Source of the DNA: an uncultured delta proteobacterium
GTDB taxonomy: Bacteria > Myxococcota_A > Polyangia > Haliangiales > Haliangiaceae
Length of the DNA stretch: 64,000 bases
Direction of reading: 5' to 3'
Assembly: GCA_963848295.1 (NCBI GenBank)
Contig: CAWKDB010000010.1
Span: forward strand, 3,264,001 to 3,328,000
Under the pieces are notes generated by a model. The model saw nothing but the letters and a program-made list of their open reading frames with translations. It ran no database searches and was not told the origin of the DNA. This document shows positions 9,338 to 19,796 of this stretch, piece after piece (position 1 is the first letter of the stretch; the number at the start of each line of letters is the position of its first letter). The position numbers and the translations under genes are program-made.

Positions 9338-10651
9338 CTACGCGAGCTTCGCGCGCGCGTCGTCGATCGCGGTGCGCGCGGCGATGCGCAGCCGCGCGAG
9401 GATCGCGAGCTCGTCGGAGGTCGCGACGCGATCCGGCTGGCGGCCCCACCACGCGTCGAGCCAGCGCAGCGCGGCGAACGGCGAAGCGAGCGCGACACCG
9501 GCAGCGACGAACGACAGCGGCGGCGGCAACGCGGCGAGCGACAACCACACGAGCCCGGCCGCCCATAACGGATAGACGACGAGTGCGGTGGCTAGCTTGA
9601 TCGTCGACACCGCGTCGGGATCTGCCGTGCGTGCGACCAGCCGCGGGATGAAATACGGAATCGCGTAGAGCGCGAAGCCGGGGATCGCGAGGGGCGCGAG
9701 CGCGACCCGCGACAACCACCGTGACGTCGGCTTCGCCGGGCGAGCGCGCAACTGGGCATCGCGCATCCCCAGCCGAGTCAGCTCGGCATAATACGCGTTG
9801 ACCTTCGCGCGGACCTGCTCGACGAGCTGCGGGGCGAGAGACCGCAGCGTGCGCGACGCGAGCTCGACCCGCCGGCCGATCGCATTCCACGCGGCCAGCC
9901 CGTCGTCGCCGGCATCGCTCGCGATCAGCTCGGCGATGCGAGCGATCAGCAGGCGATCATCGTGGGTCTCGCCCTCGACGAGGAGCTCTCGCAGATCGCG
10001 ATCCATCTGCGTGACGACCGCGTCGACGCGTTGCTCGCCCATGCCCGGCACGTCGTCGAGCCGGCGCACCGGGCCCCACAACACGAGGCAGCGCGAGCGA
10101 AAGTCGTCGCGCGCGTCGAACTCGAGGGCGACGGACTGGAACGTCAGCCCGCGCCCGCCGTGATCGCCGGCCGCGGCGAGCATGCGCGCGGCACCCGAAC
10201 GCAGCGGCGCGAGGTGCGGCTCGCTGTGGCTCGTACCCTCCGGAAAGATCAGGATGTTGCCGCCGCGTGCGAGGTGGGTCGCGATCTTCTCGAACGTCGC
10301 GGCGGTGCTGCTGGCGTCCTTGTCCGGAGTGTCTTTGCGGCGGACGATCGGTACCGCGCCGGCGTTATCGAGCACCCAGCGCAGCCCCGGGATCGACCAC
10401 AGCGTCGACTTCGCGACGGGCGAAATCGCGCAGTCGGTGTCGGTGAGGACGAGGATGGGATCGATCAGGGCATTTTGATGATTCGCGACGAGCACGCGGC
10501 CGCGCGTCGCCGGCGGTGGCGGCTCACCGACGCGCTCGATCTCGCGGAAGTACAGCCGGATGATCGACCGAAATGTCGCGACCAGCGCGCGCCGCAGCGG
10601 CAACCTCGGCAACGGGGCAGGTGGCTCCGCGACCGGCGGCATCGCGTTCAT
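9338..10651 (-). CDS. PlsC-like acyltransferase with a C-terminal membrane region
   Basis: NHQNALID (Hx4D), IFPEGTS. Confidence 0.88.
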   Translation of the reverse strand: MNAMPPVAEPPAPLPRLPLRRALVATFRSIIRLYFREIERVGEPPPPATRGRVLVANHQNALIDPILVLTDTDCAISPVAKSTLWSIPGLRWVLDNAGAVPIVRRKDTPDKDASSTAATFEKIATHLARGGNILIFPEGTSHSEPHLAPLRSGAARMLAAAGDHGGRGLTFQSVALEFDARDDFRSRCLVLWGPVRRLDDVPGMGEQRVDAVVTQMDRDLRELLVEGETHDDRLLIARIAELIASDAGDDGLAAWNAIGRRVELASRTLRSLAPQLVEQVRAKVNAYYAELTRLGMRDAQLRARPAKPTSRWLSRVALAPLAIPGFALYAIPYFIPRLVARTADPDAVSTIKLATALVVYPLWAAGLVWLSLAALPPPLSFVAAGVALASPFAALRWLDAWWGRQPDRVATSDELAILARLRIAARTAIDDARAKLA

Positions 10652-10705
10652 AATCGAATGTTAGCCCAGTTGAGTGGAGCGTGTCCGCCGTGACAATCTC
10701 GCGTC

Positions 10706-11479
10706 GTGGGGCATCCTTCGCGTCAGTCGTCGGTCGAGCTCGCCAGTGTGGCGCCGCTCGTCGTCATCGGCCCCACCACGACCGAGCTGGTCGGCGCTTG
10801 CACGTTGGTGTCGAACGGCGGTCGCACGATCGCGTTCTCGAGCGCGGAGCTGCTGCGCGCCGCGGGTGAGCCTCTGATGATCCTCACGCAACTCGACGGT
10901 AGCGCAGCCATCCCGGTGAGCTCGTGGATGATGGGCCGACACAGCGGGGTCGGTGTGATCGAGCTCGGCGCCGAAGTGCCGCCGGGTGGCGATGTCACGC
11001 CGCTCGCGATCGGTGCGGTGTGCGCGACAATCGACAACCGCGGAGCACCGTCGGCGATCGTCGCGATCGAGCGCGCGGCCAAGGGCTATGCGCGTCGCGT
11101 CGTCCCGGTCTATCTCGATGCGATCGACGGCGGCGGCATGACCGACGAGATCCTGACTCGACTCGCGACGCCGATCGAGGACGGCGACGACGACGTGACG
11201 ATCGACGGCGCGCCGGTGTTCGCTTGGTTTCCACCGGATCCGCTGCTCGGCCGGCCGAGCGAGATCGCGGTCGTCGCGCTCGCGCTGCCGTATCGGATCA
11301 AGACGCACCAGCCACGCGAGCACGTCGCGATCGCCGAGCTGTGGGGGCTCGAGGATCTCGGTCGCGCGCTGCCGTTCGAGATCGACGGCCCCGAGCCGAG
11401 CAACGAGCTCGATCAAGTCGCCGGCGAGATTCGCGACGATCCGACCGGTCCCCTCGCTGGGCTCGATCTCGACGAGTAA
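10706..11479 (+). CDS. Hypothetical protein
   Basis: Long ORF with typical codon bias; no recognised motif. Confidence 0.6.
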   Translation: MGHPSRQSSVELASVAPLVVIGPTTTELVGACTLVSNGGRTIAFSSAELLRAAGEPLMILTQLDGSAAIPVSSWMMGRHSGVGVIELGAEVPPGGDVTPLAIGAVCATIDNRGAPSAIVAIERAAKGYARRVVPVYLDAIDGGGMTDEILTRLATPIEDGDDDVTIDGAPVFAWFPPDPLLGRPSEIAVVALALPYRIKTHQPREHVAIAELWGLEDLGRALPFEIDGPEPSNELDQVAGEIRDDPTGPLAGLDLDE

Positions 11480-11521
11480 ACTTGCGACCGGTGGCGGTTT
11501 TCCGTCACGATCAGCCCCGGC

Positions 11522-13570
11522 ATGCGCGGGATAACAGTCGTCGTCGGGCTCGGGCTCGGGCTCGGTAGCTCGACGCGGGCCGACTCGCTACCGATCGTCA
11601 CGCTCACCGAGCTCGGGCCGACTCAGGAGATTCCGACCGACCGTTCGTTCTACATCGCCGGCGACATCGCGCCGACGGTGGAGGCCGCGCAGGCGATCGT
11701 CGTACGCAAAGGCTCGCCGAGCATGTTCGGCGACGACGGCCAGAGTTGTCGCAGCGTCCTGCTCGGCTTGCACTTGACGTCGGCCACGACCGCCGACGTC
11801 GCGGACGACGACGACGACGATGACGACGATGACGACGAGGAGACGGTCGAGGTCGACGAAGAGCCGGTCGTTCGTCCGCGGTTCCAGCCGGGATTACACA
11901 CCGCGTTCGAAGTGTTCCCGAACGCCGACAGCGACGTGCGGGATGCCGACGTCCTTGTCTCCGCGCCGTGGCAGCGCGACGGCGACGCGACGCGCTATCA
12001 GGTGCTCGTGCCGCACGATCGCGGCATGTTCTCGACGGGCTACAACTACTGCCTGTTCGTCGTGCTCACCGAGCGCGTGCAGGAGATCGACGACCAACCG
12101 CTCGCCGATCAGATCGACACCATCGCGAAGAACATCGTCGCGTGTGGTGACAAGTCCTCGTGTCAAGACGAGGCGCTCGACGACTTCGAGGCGCGCCTCG
12201 TGCGCATGCTCGGCAGCTCGCGCTCGCTCGCCGCGGGGCCGGCGAACGAAGTGAACACGATCGCGGCGCAGCTCAAGCAAGCCGCGCGCGAATCGCTCGG
12301 GGAAGCGACGGGCATCATCGAAGCGCGCGACCATATCGAAGATCGGTGGGAAGCCGACGTCGGAGTCGCCACGCCGATGGCGCACGCGATGTGGGCCGAC
12401 GTGTCGAGCGATCCGTTCGCGCATGCGGTCGCGACCTTGCTCGCGCGGTCCGGCGCGCTGCTACCGCAGGTGCGCGCCGCGGGGAAGCAGAGCGCGATCT
12501 CGCTGTTCACGCCCGACGGCAAGCTCCGAGTCGGCGCGTTGCAGATCCTCGACGACGGCCGGTCGATTCGCGTCGCCGAATCGCGCGCGCCAGCCGGTGC
12601 CGCTGCGCGGGTCCTGACCGCGACGACCGACACGCTCGTGCTCGCCGACGGCGTGACGCTCTATGATCTGACCCAACTCGGCCGCCGGCACGTTCACGTC
12701 GACAAGGAATGGACGACGCTGAAGGCGCTCGGCGATCGCGTCTCGAGCCTCGGGCTCGCGACCTGGACCGCCGAAGACACCTCCTATCTCGCGGCCGCGA
12801 CCGCGCAGATGAAGCGGCTCGCCGATTATGTCGATCTCGTGACCGCTGACGCGACCTGCGACCCGGGACCGATCGCGTCGACCGAGGACGAAGAGACGCC
12901 GAAGTCGGTGCGTCGCCATCTCGGCCAGTGGCTCGCGTGCCAGCAAGTCGACGGCACGACGATCGACGCGCTCGCGCAACAGCTCGACGAGCTCGTGCAA
13001 CAGGATCAGAGCTGGAAGGCGACGCGCGACAAGCTGGTCGCACGCGCGAAGAAGATCGTGACGGTTACGACGACGACGCCGGCGTCGAGCCACGTCGCGT
13101 TCGAGTCGGCCCCGTGGCTGTTCAGCTACGTCACGCCGATCGTCGGTTACGCGGGCGTGCTCGCACCCGATGCCTCGTTCGGGTTGTTCTATCTCGGCGC
13201 GCAGATCCACCTCGATCCGAATCCGATCGACGACGTGATCTGGCGCGACGGCGTGACGCCGAAGGATCTGCGCCGCGCGCTCGCCCTCGAGCTCGGCGTC
13301 GCGCCGTATGGCGGCTCGTTCGGCCCCGATCATCGCTATAGCGGACCGGGCAGCTTGCCCCCGCTGTTCTTCGGCGTCGCGTTGCACATCGTGCCGTACA
13401 CGTCGCTGACCTTCGGCGGCTCGATCGTCGATCGCAAGCGCAGCACGGTCGCGGCCGAGCAACCGAGCACGATCGTCGCTCCGTACGTCGGCATCACGAT
13501 CCAGCTGAACCTGCCCGACTTGCTGCGCGTCGCGAGTCGTCCGAGCTCGGGCACGGAGGTGACGCCATGA
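11522..13570 (+). CDS. Large secreted protein with a poly-Asp tract and a probable C-terminal beta-strand/barrel region
   Basis: Signal peptide; 11 consecutive Asp at 11804-11836; amphipathic strands at the C-terminus. Confidence 0.75.
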   Translation: MRGITVVVGLGLGLGSSTRADSLPIVTLTELGPTQEIPTDRSFYIAGDIAPTVEAAQAIVVRKGSPSMFGDDGQSCRSVLLGLHLTSATTADVADDDDDDDDDDDEETVEVDEEPVVRPRFQPGLHTAFEVFPNADSDVRDADVLVSAPWQRDGDATRYQVLVPHDRGMFSTGYNYCLFVVLTERVQEIDDQPLADQIDTIAKNIVACGDKSSCQDEALDDFEARLVRMLGSSRSLAAGPANEVNTIAAQLKQAARESLGEATGIIEARDHIEDRWEADVGVATPMAHAMWADVSSDPFAHAVATLLARSGALLPQVRAAGKQSAISLFTPDGKLRVGALQILDDGRSIRVAESRAPAGAAARVLTATTDTLVLADGVTLYDLTQLGRRHVHVDKEWTTLKALGDRVSSLGLATWTAEDTSYLAAATAQMKRLADYVDLVTADATCDPGPIASTEDEETPKSVRRHLGQWLACQQVDGTTIDALAQQLDELVQQDQSWKATRDKLVARAKKIVTVTTTTPASSHVAFESAPWLFSYVTPIVGYAGVLAPDASFGLFYLGAQIHLDPNPIDDVIWRDGVTPKDLRRALALELGVAPYGGSFGPDHRYSGPGSLPPLFFGVALHIVPYTSLTFGGSIVDRKRSTVAAEQPSTIVAPYVGITIQLNLPDLLRVASRPSSGTEVTP

Positions 13571-14637
13571 CCCGGACGGTGCTGATCGTCGCCGTGCTCG
13601 CGGCGGGTTGCGACGGCGTCACCACCGCGCCGGAGCCGATCGTTTCGGTGCTCAAGCACACCGCGGATGACTGCTACGCGTTGATGACGCCGAGCTCGCC
13701 GGTCTCGACGACGCTCGGGATCTCCGGCATCTGTACGTACGGCGTGGAGCCGACGCTGCTCGCATCGGTCGATGCGATGGAGATCGTCGTCGATTACGGG
13801 CCCGAGGTGCCGTTCTCCGCGACCGCGCCGGCGCCATCGCCGACGATCGCGGTGACCGTCGACGGCGAGGCCTCCGATGTCGCGATCGAGCTGTCCAACG
13901 AGCAACGGGTCGGCTCGCGCGCGTTCTTCGTGGCAGCGCTGCACACGCCGTCGGTCGCGAGCGAGGACATGCGGATCACCGCCGGCGTCAACGCCGGGTT
14001 CCAGACCGAGGTGCCCGACGTGTTCGCGCTGGTCGAGCCGACGATCGAGCTCGCGCTCGCCGAGTGCGCGCCGGGGAATCCGTGCGTGCTGCAAGGCGCG
14101 ACCGGCGACGCGCACCTCGAGATCACGCTGCCCGGAGATGTCCCGTTGACCGTGAGCGTTCACGCCATGCTCGACGGCGTCGCGCAACCCGATCCGGTGC
14201 CGCCGGTCACGACGACGCCGGTCGCCGACAACAGCGAGACGATCGTCGCGATTCCGGTACCGGCGGCGCACGACGGCGTGCAGTGGCAACTCGCGGCCGA
14301 GCTCCCGGGTGGGCGACCGACCACGCTCCTGGCGAGCATCGTCGCGCCGGGGATCGCCTCGGCGCTGTCGTGCGGCGGCACGTGCAATCTGCATTCGAAC
14401 GACGCGGTCGGCTTGACGATCAGCGCGCCGGAAGGTATCGCTCCGGCGCAGGCGCTCGTGACGACGACGCTCGACGGCGTACCGCAGCTCGTCGCGGCGC
14501 CGGTCGCACTCCAGGCGGGAGCCGTCGGAACCTCGACCGGCGAGCTCGCGCTGATCGCACCGCCGCCCGGGGCTTGGCAGATCGATGTCACGGTCGCCGG
14601 CTATCCGGCGCCATCGATCGTCACGACCGTTCACTGA
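13567..14637 (+). CDS. Lipoprotein, beta-rich (Ig-like modules likely)
   Basis: Lipobox LAAGC; ATGA overlap with the upstream gene. Confidence 0.75.
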   Translation: MTRTVLIVAVLAAGCDGVTTAPEPIVSVLKHTADDCYALMTPSSPVSTTLGISGICTYGVEPTLLASVDAMEIVVDYGPEVPFSATAPAPSPTIAVTVDGEASDVAIELSNEQRVGSRAFFVAALHTPSVASEDMRITAGVNAGFQTEVPDVFALVEPTIELALAECAPGNPCVLQGATGDAHLEITLPGDVPLTVSVHAMLDGVAQPDPVPPVTTTPVADNSETIVAIPVPAAHDGVQWQLAAELPGGRPTTLLASIVAPGIASALSCGGTCNLHSNDAVGLTISAPEGIAPAQALVTTTLDGVPQLVAAPVALQAGAVGTSTGELALIAPPPGAWQIDVTVAGYPAPSIVTTVH

Positions 14638-14655
14638 TAGTGCTACGAACGGCGC

Positions 14656-15408
14656 GTGAAGGTCGCGACCTGGAACGTCAACGGCATCCGCGCGCGCTCG
14701 TCGCAAGTCGCGCATTGGATCGACGGCGAAGAGCCGGACGTGATCTGTCTGCAAGAGACGAAGGCGTCGCCCGAGCAAGTGCCGGAGCCTCTCGCATCAC
14801 TCGCGGGTTACCACGCGAAGTGGCACGGCAGCGGCGGTTACTCCGGGGTCGCGCTGCTGTTGCGCGAGCGCGCGTTCCCGACACCTCCGGTGTTCGCGCA
14901 TCCGACCTTCGATCGCGAGCATCGTATCGTGACCGCGACGGTCGACCGGCTCGTCCTGGCGTCGGTCTACATCCCGAACGGCGGCAAGGACTATCCGGCG
15001 AAGCTCGAGTTCTTGCGCGAGCTCGACGCGTGGGCCGGAGAGCTCGAGGCCAACGGTCAGCAGCTCGTGCTGTGCGGCGACTTCAATGTCGCACGCACGG
15101 ATCGCGATGTGCACCCGTCGCTGCGCAAGGCGATGATCGGACAGAGCGCCGAGGAGCGTGCGCTGATCGACAAGGTGTTCGCGCACGGGTTGGTCGATGT
15201 CGGTCGGCTCGTCGATCCGGACAACGATCGGCTGTTCACGTGGTGGGCGCCGTGGCGCAACATGAAGCAGCGCAACATCGGTTGGCGGCTCGATTACATC
15301 GCGGCGCACCATGCGCTCGTCGACCCGGCCGCGACGTGCAAGGTGTATCGCGACGTCGGCGCGAGCGATCACGCGCCCGTGATCGCGCACATCAGAGGGC
15401 CGACGTGA
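14656..15408 (+). CDS. xth: Exodeoxyribonuclease III
   Basis: TWNVNGIRAR, LQETK, GDFNVA, GWRLDYI, SDHAP. Confidence 0.95.
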   Translation: MKVATWNVNGIRARSSQVAHWIDGEEPDVICLQETKASPEQVPEPLASLAGYHAKWHGSGGYSGVALLLRERAFPTPPVFAHPTFDREHRIVTATVDRLVLASVYIPNGGKDYPAKLEFLRELDAWAGELEANGQQLVLCGDFNVARTDRDVHPSLRKAMIGQSAEERALIDKVFAHGLVDVGRLVDPDNDRLFTWWAPWRNMKQRNIGWRLDYIAAHHALVDPAATCKVYRDVGASDHAPVIAHIRGPT

Positions 15409-16040
15409 GTCGCACGCGACTCTCGGCCGACGAGCTCGAGCAGCTCACGGCGCGCACACTCGCGCATTACGAAGGCAGCGCATCGGCGTTCTGGCACGGC
15501 ACGCGCGATCACGACGTGGCGCAGAACTATCGCGCGTTGCTCGACGCGATCGAGACGCCTCCGCCGTTCGCGCTGCTCGACCTCGGTTGCGGGCCGGGCC
15601 GTGACCTCGCGCATTTTCGCTCGCAAGGGCACGAAGCGGTCGGGCTCGACGGCTGCGCCGCGTTCATCGAGATGGCGCGCGCGAACAGCGGTTGCGAGGT
15701 CTGGCACCAGAGCTTCTTGCGGCTCGCGCTTCCCCCGGCGCGCTTCGACGGCGTGTTCGCGAACGCATCGTTGTTTCACGTGCCCGATCAAGAGCTGGCC
15801 CGCGTGCTCGCCGATCTCCGTGCGACGCTCGTACCGCGCGGCGTGTTGTTCTGCTCGAATCCGCGCGGCAACGACACCGAGGGCTTCTCCGGCGAACGCT
15901 ACGGTGCCTATCACACGCTCGAGACCTGGCGGGCGCGGATGACCGCGGCGAGCTTCGTCGAGATCGCGCACTACTATCGGCCCGAGGGCAAGCCGCGCGA
16001 CGAGCAGCCGTGGCTCCCGTCGGTGTGGCGCAAGCGCTAA
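15405..16040 (+). CDS. Class I SAM-dependent methyltransferase
   Basis: LLDLGCGPGRD, FDGVFANASLFH; GTGA overlap with xth. Confidence 0.9.
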   Translation: MSRTRLSADELEQLTARTLAHYEGSASAFWHGTRDHDVAQNYRALLDAIETPPPFALLDLGCGPGRDLAHFRSQGHEAVGLDGCAAFIEMARANSGCEVWHQSFLRLALPPARFDGVFANASLFHVPDQELARVLADLRATLVPRGVLFCSNPRGNDTEGFSGERYGAYHTLETWRARMTAASFVEIAHYYRPEGKPRDEQPWLPSVWRKR

Positions 16041-16255
16041 GCGTCGTACTTGAACGACAGCGACACGCGAGCGCGATACGCGACGACCTTGCCGTTCTCG
16101 ACCTTCATATCGAGCTTCGACACTTCGGCGATCCGCAGGTCGCGCAAGCTGCGCCCCGCGGTCTCGACCGCGTTGCGCGCGGCGTCCTCCCACGACTTCG
16201 CGCTCGTGCCGATGATCTCTGTAACGCGATAGACGCCAGCTTCTTTTTTTGCCAT
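16037..16255 (-). CDS. Dodecin family protein
   Basis: YRVTEIIGTSAKSWEDAA...YRARVSLSFKY. Confidence 0.9.
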   Translation of the reverse strand: MAKKEAGVYRVTEIIGTSAKSWEDAARNAVETAGRSLRDLRIAEVSKLDMKVENGKVVAYRARVSLSFKYDA

Positions 16256-16301
16256 GCGCGACGATAGACGGATCGCGTCGCGCTGGCGCGCTCGCGGAGC
16301 G

Positions 16302-17024
16302 CTAAACCGGAATCGCCAGGTGCGAGACGGTCACAAGGTCGTAGCCGCGCGCTTGGAGCTCGGGTACGAGCAGGCGGACCGCTTCGACCGTCGTGCTCGG
16401 CTTGTTGCCGGCGCGCCCGCGCCGCGCGTCGTGCATGAGGACGATGCTGCCCGGGCGCGCTTGGTCGAGGACTCGGCGCGCGACGTCGTCGGATGGCGCG
16501 CCCTTCCAATCGAAGCTGTTGATGTCCCACAACACGAGGCGCTTCGCGACGCGAGCGAACGCGCGCACGGTCCACGGCGAGCGACCGCCGTACGGTGGGC
16601 GCGCGATCGTCGGCACGGTGCCGGTGGCGCGCAGGATCGCCAGGTCGGTCGCGACGAGCTCGCGCTCGACATCGCGGCTGCGGGTCAGCGGCAGGTAGCG
16701 ATGGTGATAGGTGTGGTTGCCGAGCTCGTGACCTTCGCGCACGATGCGCGCGCACAGCTCGGGATGGGCGTCGACGCTCGAACCGAGCACGAAGAACGTC
16801 GCCTTGACGTCGAGTGCCGCGAGGGCGTCGAGCATCGCGGGGGTGCGCTCGGGATCTGGTCCGTCGTCGAAGGTCAGCGCGATGCGCCGCGTCTCGCGCG
16901 AGCCGTGCGACGACGTGTGCATCGCCCAATCGACCGGACCTTCGAAGCCGCCGTAGCAGACGAGATACGCGACACCGACGACAGCACCGATCGCTACGAC
17001 TGCGAGAATGAGGTGCAGCAGCAT
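16302..17024 (-). CDS. Polysaccharide deacetylase (CE4/NodB)
   Basis: ALTFDDGP, GNHTYHH, RPPYG, LMHD; N-terminal TM helix. Confidence 0.92.
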   Translation of the reverse strand: MLLHLILAVVAIGAVVGVAYLVCYGGFEGPVDWAMHTSSHGSRETRRIALTFDDGPDPERTPAMLDALAALDVKATFFVLGSSVDAHPELCARIVREGHELGNHTYHHRYLPLTRSRDVERELVATDLAILRATGTVPTIARPPYGGRSPWTVRAFARVAKRLVLWDINSFDWKGAPSDDVARRVLDQARPGSIVLMHDARRGRAGNKPSTTVEAVRLLVPELQARGYDLVTVSHLAIPV

Positions 17025-17153
17025 GCCCGGAGGTAATGCTAGCGCGATGCCGCGGCCTGCCGGACGTCGCCACGCGGACTTGCGAGCGGAGCGTCAGCCC
17101 TCTGGCGGTGAAGTTTCACCGCCCCGTCTACGGGGCGCCGCGGTGATGCAGAG

Positions 17154-18650
17154 TTACACCCTCCGGCGGCGACGGGTGATCAGCGCACCGAAGGCGAGCA
17201 CCAGCGTTGCCGCGCCGCCGCTTCCGCCTGCGGCGGAACAACCGGCGTGGCTGCCGTCGCCGGTCTCGCCGTTGCCGTCGCCCGATCCGCTGCCGCTACC
17301 GCTACCGGATCCGCTGCCGTCGCCGCTACCGGATCCGCTGCCGTCGCCGCTGCCGGATCCGCTACCGGATCCGCTACCGCTACCCGATCCGCTACCGCTA
17401 CCGCTGCCGCTGCCGCTTCCCTCGCCTAGCGCTGCGAGCTTCGAGCCATCGGGCGTCCCGTTGCCGGTCGGGCCGTCCCAGCCGGTGCCGGCTTTGCACA
17501 ACGCGCTCGAGCACGAGCCGTTCGTGCCGCTCGTGACATCGAAGAACGCCGCGGTGTGCTCGTACGCGAAGTGAGCGGTGGCGCCGCCATTGCCGGTCGC
17601 CGCGAAGATGCCGGCGACGAGCGGGCTCGCGGCGCTGGTACCGCCGATCACCGACCAGCCACCCGCGGCGGCCATGTAGGTCGCGACGCCGGTGTTGGGA
17701 TCGCCGACCGCCGACACATCGGAGGTCATGCGCTTGCTGCATGCGGTGCTGGTCTGCCACGACGGCTTCGCGACGCTCTGGCTGCACGCGCTCCCGCCGT
17801 CGTTCCACGCGGCTTCGACCCAGCCGCGGCTATTGCTCGCCGGTTGTAGCGACGTGCCGCCGACCCCGATCGTGTACGCCGAGGTCGCGGGATAGTCCGG
17901 ACCCTGGCCGCCGTCGTTGTAGCCGTCATCGCCCGCGGCGACGAAGATCGAGACGCCCGCATGGTTGAAGTACGTCTCGGTCTCGCTGACCGTGCCGAAC
18001 GTGCCCTCGGGTGCGCCCCAGCTGTTCGTGATGACGGTCGCGCCCATGCTCGCGGCGGTCGCGTTCGCGATGAACAGACCGTCGCTCTGATCGTCGTCGG
18101 CTTGCAACACGAGCAACTTGCAGTGCGGACACGCCGCGCTCGCCATATCGACGTCGAGCGACGTCTCTTCGTTCCAATCGGTGTTGCCCGACGGCAGCGG
18201 TGAGGTCGCGCCGGTCTGGTTGACGATCTTCAAGCAGCCGTTCGCCTTCGTGCACGCGGGCAGGCCGTACTGAGTGCGGTACTTGCCGAGATCGCTCTCG
18301 AGTGCCGAGTAACCGTACGCGCCGACGATCGCGATCGTGGCGCCGGGATCGAGCGTCGTATCGATCGAGTACGCGCTCGCGAGATCGTCGGCGCCGAGCC
18401 CTTGCGGCGTCGCGAAGGTCTGCGGTCGGCCCGACTCGTCGGTGCGGATGCGAGCGAAGCAGCGAAACCTGCTGCCGTTGCAGACCGCCGCTTGCGGATA
18501 CTGGACGACCGCGGCGATCTCGGCGGGAAGCTGAGAGGCGCGGTCAGACGGATCGCTCCGTGTCGTCGGTGGATCGACGGTGCACGAAACGAGCAGAGCG
18601 GTGCACGCGACGGAAAGTTGCAGCGCGAACGACTTCGAGATGACTCGCAT
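17154..18650 (-). CDS. S53 (sedolisin-like) serine peptidase with a GS linker and MYXO-CTERM tail
   Basis: EETSLDVD, AGDDG, GGTSAASP; C-terminus GCSAA-TM-RRRRR. Confidence 0.88.
   Translation of the reverse strand: MRVISKSFALQLSVACTALLVSCTVDPPTTRSDPSDRASQLPAEIAAVVQYPQAAVCNGSRFRCFARIRTDESGRPQTFATPQGLGADDLASAYSIDTTLDPGATIAIVGAYGYSALESDLGKYRTQYGLPACTKANGCLKIVNQTGATSPLPSGNTDWNEETSLDVDMASAACPHCKLLVLQADDDQSDGLFIANATAASMGATVITNSWGAPEGTFGTVSETETYFNHAGVSIFVAAGDDGYNDGGQGPDYPATSAYTIGVGGTSLQPASNSRGWVEAAWNDGGSACSQSVAKPSWQTSTACSKRMTSDVSAVGDPNTGVATYMAAAGGWSVIGGTSAASPLVAGIFAATGNGGATAHFAYEHTAAFFDVTSGTNGSCSSALCKAGTGWDGPTGNGTPDGSKLAALGEGSGSGSGSGSGSGSGSGSGSGSGSGDGSGSGSGDGSGSGSGSGSGSGDGNGETGDGSHAGCSAAGGSGGAATLVLAFGALITRRRRRV
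17282..17418 (-). repeat. Coding (GS)n / GSGSGD tandem linker repeat
   Basis: CCGCTA/CCGCTG/CCGGAT hexamer array inside the S53 gene. Confidence 0.85.
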
Positions 18651-18665
18651 GACCGAGTGGCTTCA

Positions 18666-18680
18666 TCACGACGCGTGCCA
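18666..18680 (-). promoter_or_regulatory. Possible sigma54 -24/-12 promoter of the S53 gene
   Basis: TGGCACG-CGTC-GTGA; the -12 element is imperfect. Confidence 0.35.
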
Positions 18681-18818
18681 CGCGACAGCCGATCATGATC
18701 TCGCGAGCTACCGCGAGGTCGTGCAGACCCGTGCGCGACTTCTCGTAGCGTTTTGCTACTGCTAAGCGTGCAAGATCGCGCGCGTATCGCCGTCCTCAGG
18801 ATCCGTCAGGCGCGATCA

Positions 18819-19178
18819 TCACACATGTGCGACGACGTACGTCAACGCGAACGCGATGCCCGCGGGCAGCGCCTGCGCGAACAGGATCTTTTTCGACACG
18901 GTCGCCGCTCCATAGATGCCGGCGACGACGACGCAACCGAGAAAGAACAGTCGAACGTCGTACGCGCCGGTGTACAGCGACCACGCGAGCCCGGCGGCGA
19001 GGAAGCCGTTGTACAGCCCCTGATTCGCGGCGAGCACCTTGCTGTCCTCTTGCTGCTCCGCGGTTCGACCGAAATTCTTTTGGCCGTAGGGCGTCGCCCA
19101 CAGGAACATCTCGAGCACGAGGAAGTAGACGTGGAGCACCGCGACGATCACGGTGAAGATCTGGGACGCGAGTAGCAC
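18819..19178 (-). CDS. DUF1304 membrane protein
   Basis: HVYFLVLEMFLW, LAANQGLYNGFLAAG, QALP. Confidence 0.9.
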   Translation of the reverse strand: MLLASQIFTVIVAVLHVYFLVLEMFLWATPYGQKNFGRTAEQQEDSKVLAANQGLYNGFLAAGLAWSLYTGAYDVRLFFLGCVVVAGIYGAATVSKKILFAQALPAGIAFALTYVVAHV

Positions 19179-19179
19179 G

Positions 19180-19767
19180 TCAGCGCAGCCCGATCTGGAG
19201 CTGACCGAGCACATCGAGCTGGACGCGTTCGAACGTCGGGCGATCGATCACCATCGTGAGGTCTCCCGGCTGGTCGGCATATGTCCGCGCGAGCTCGCCG
19301 TCGTCGACGCGATAGCCGAGCTTGTCGAACACGCGGCGCGAAGCGACGTTCGCCGGCACGATCGAAGCGAAGATCCGATCGAGCGATAACTGGGAGAACC
19401 CGAACGCATTGATCATGATCGCGAACCGCGTGCCGAGCCCTTTGCCCTGCTCCGACGGCGCGCCGATCATGAACGCGAACTCGCACGAGCCGTCGCGGAT
19501 ACCGCGCAGGTCGGCATCGCCGACGAGCTTGTCATCGCGGAACAGCAGGAACGGCCGCGCGCCGTCCTCGAACATGCCCTCGTAGTGATCGACGACCTCG
19601 GTTTCGGTGATCTTCTCGCCGTGGCCGAGCAGGGGCATGTTGACCGGCTCGTTGTAGCCGGCGGCGAGCGCGGCGGCGTGCTCGCCGACCTCGGCGAGGG
19701 TCGGCTCGAACGCGGTTAGAGTGCCGACGTCGGTCTGCCACGTGATCCGGAACCCAGGCGCGTCCAC
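19180..19767 (-). CDS. GNAT acetyltransferase (RimJ/RimL-like)
   Basis: QGKGLG, NVASRRVFDKLGY; GTG start chosen from the TATGCT box 7 nt upstream. Confidence 0.82.
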   Translation of the reverse strand: MDAPGFRITWQTDVGTLTAFEPTLAEVGEHAAALAAGYNEPVNMPLLGHGEKITETEVVDHYEGMFEDGARPFLLFRDDKLVGDADLRGIRDGSCEFAFMIGAPSEQGKGLGTRFAIMINAFGFSQLSLDRIFASIVPANVASRRVFDKLGYRVDDGELARTYADQPGDLTMVIDRPTFERVQLDVLGQLQIGLR

Positions 19768-19796
19768 GAGCGCGAGCATACGATACTCTGCGGGTC

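Noticed and set aside
17008..17574. Pro-rich (PLPD)n ORF
   Set aside because: Antisense of the GS linker in the S53 peptidase.
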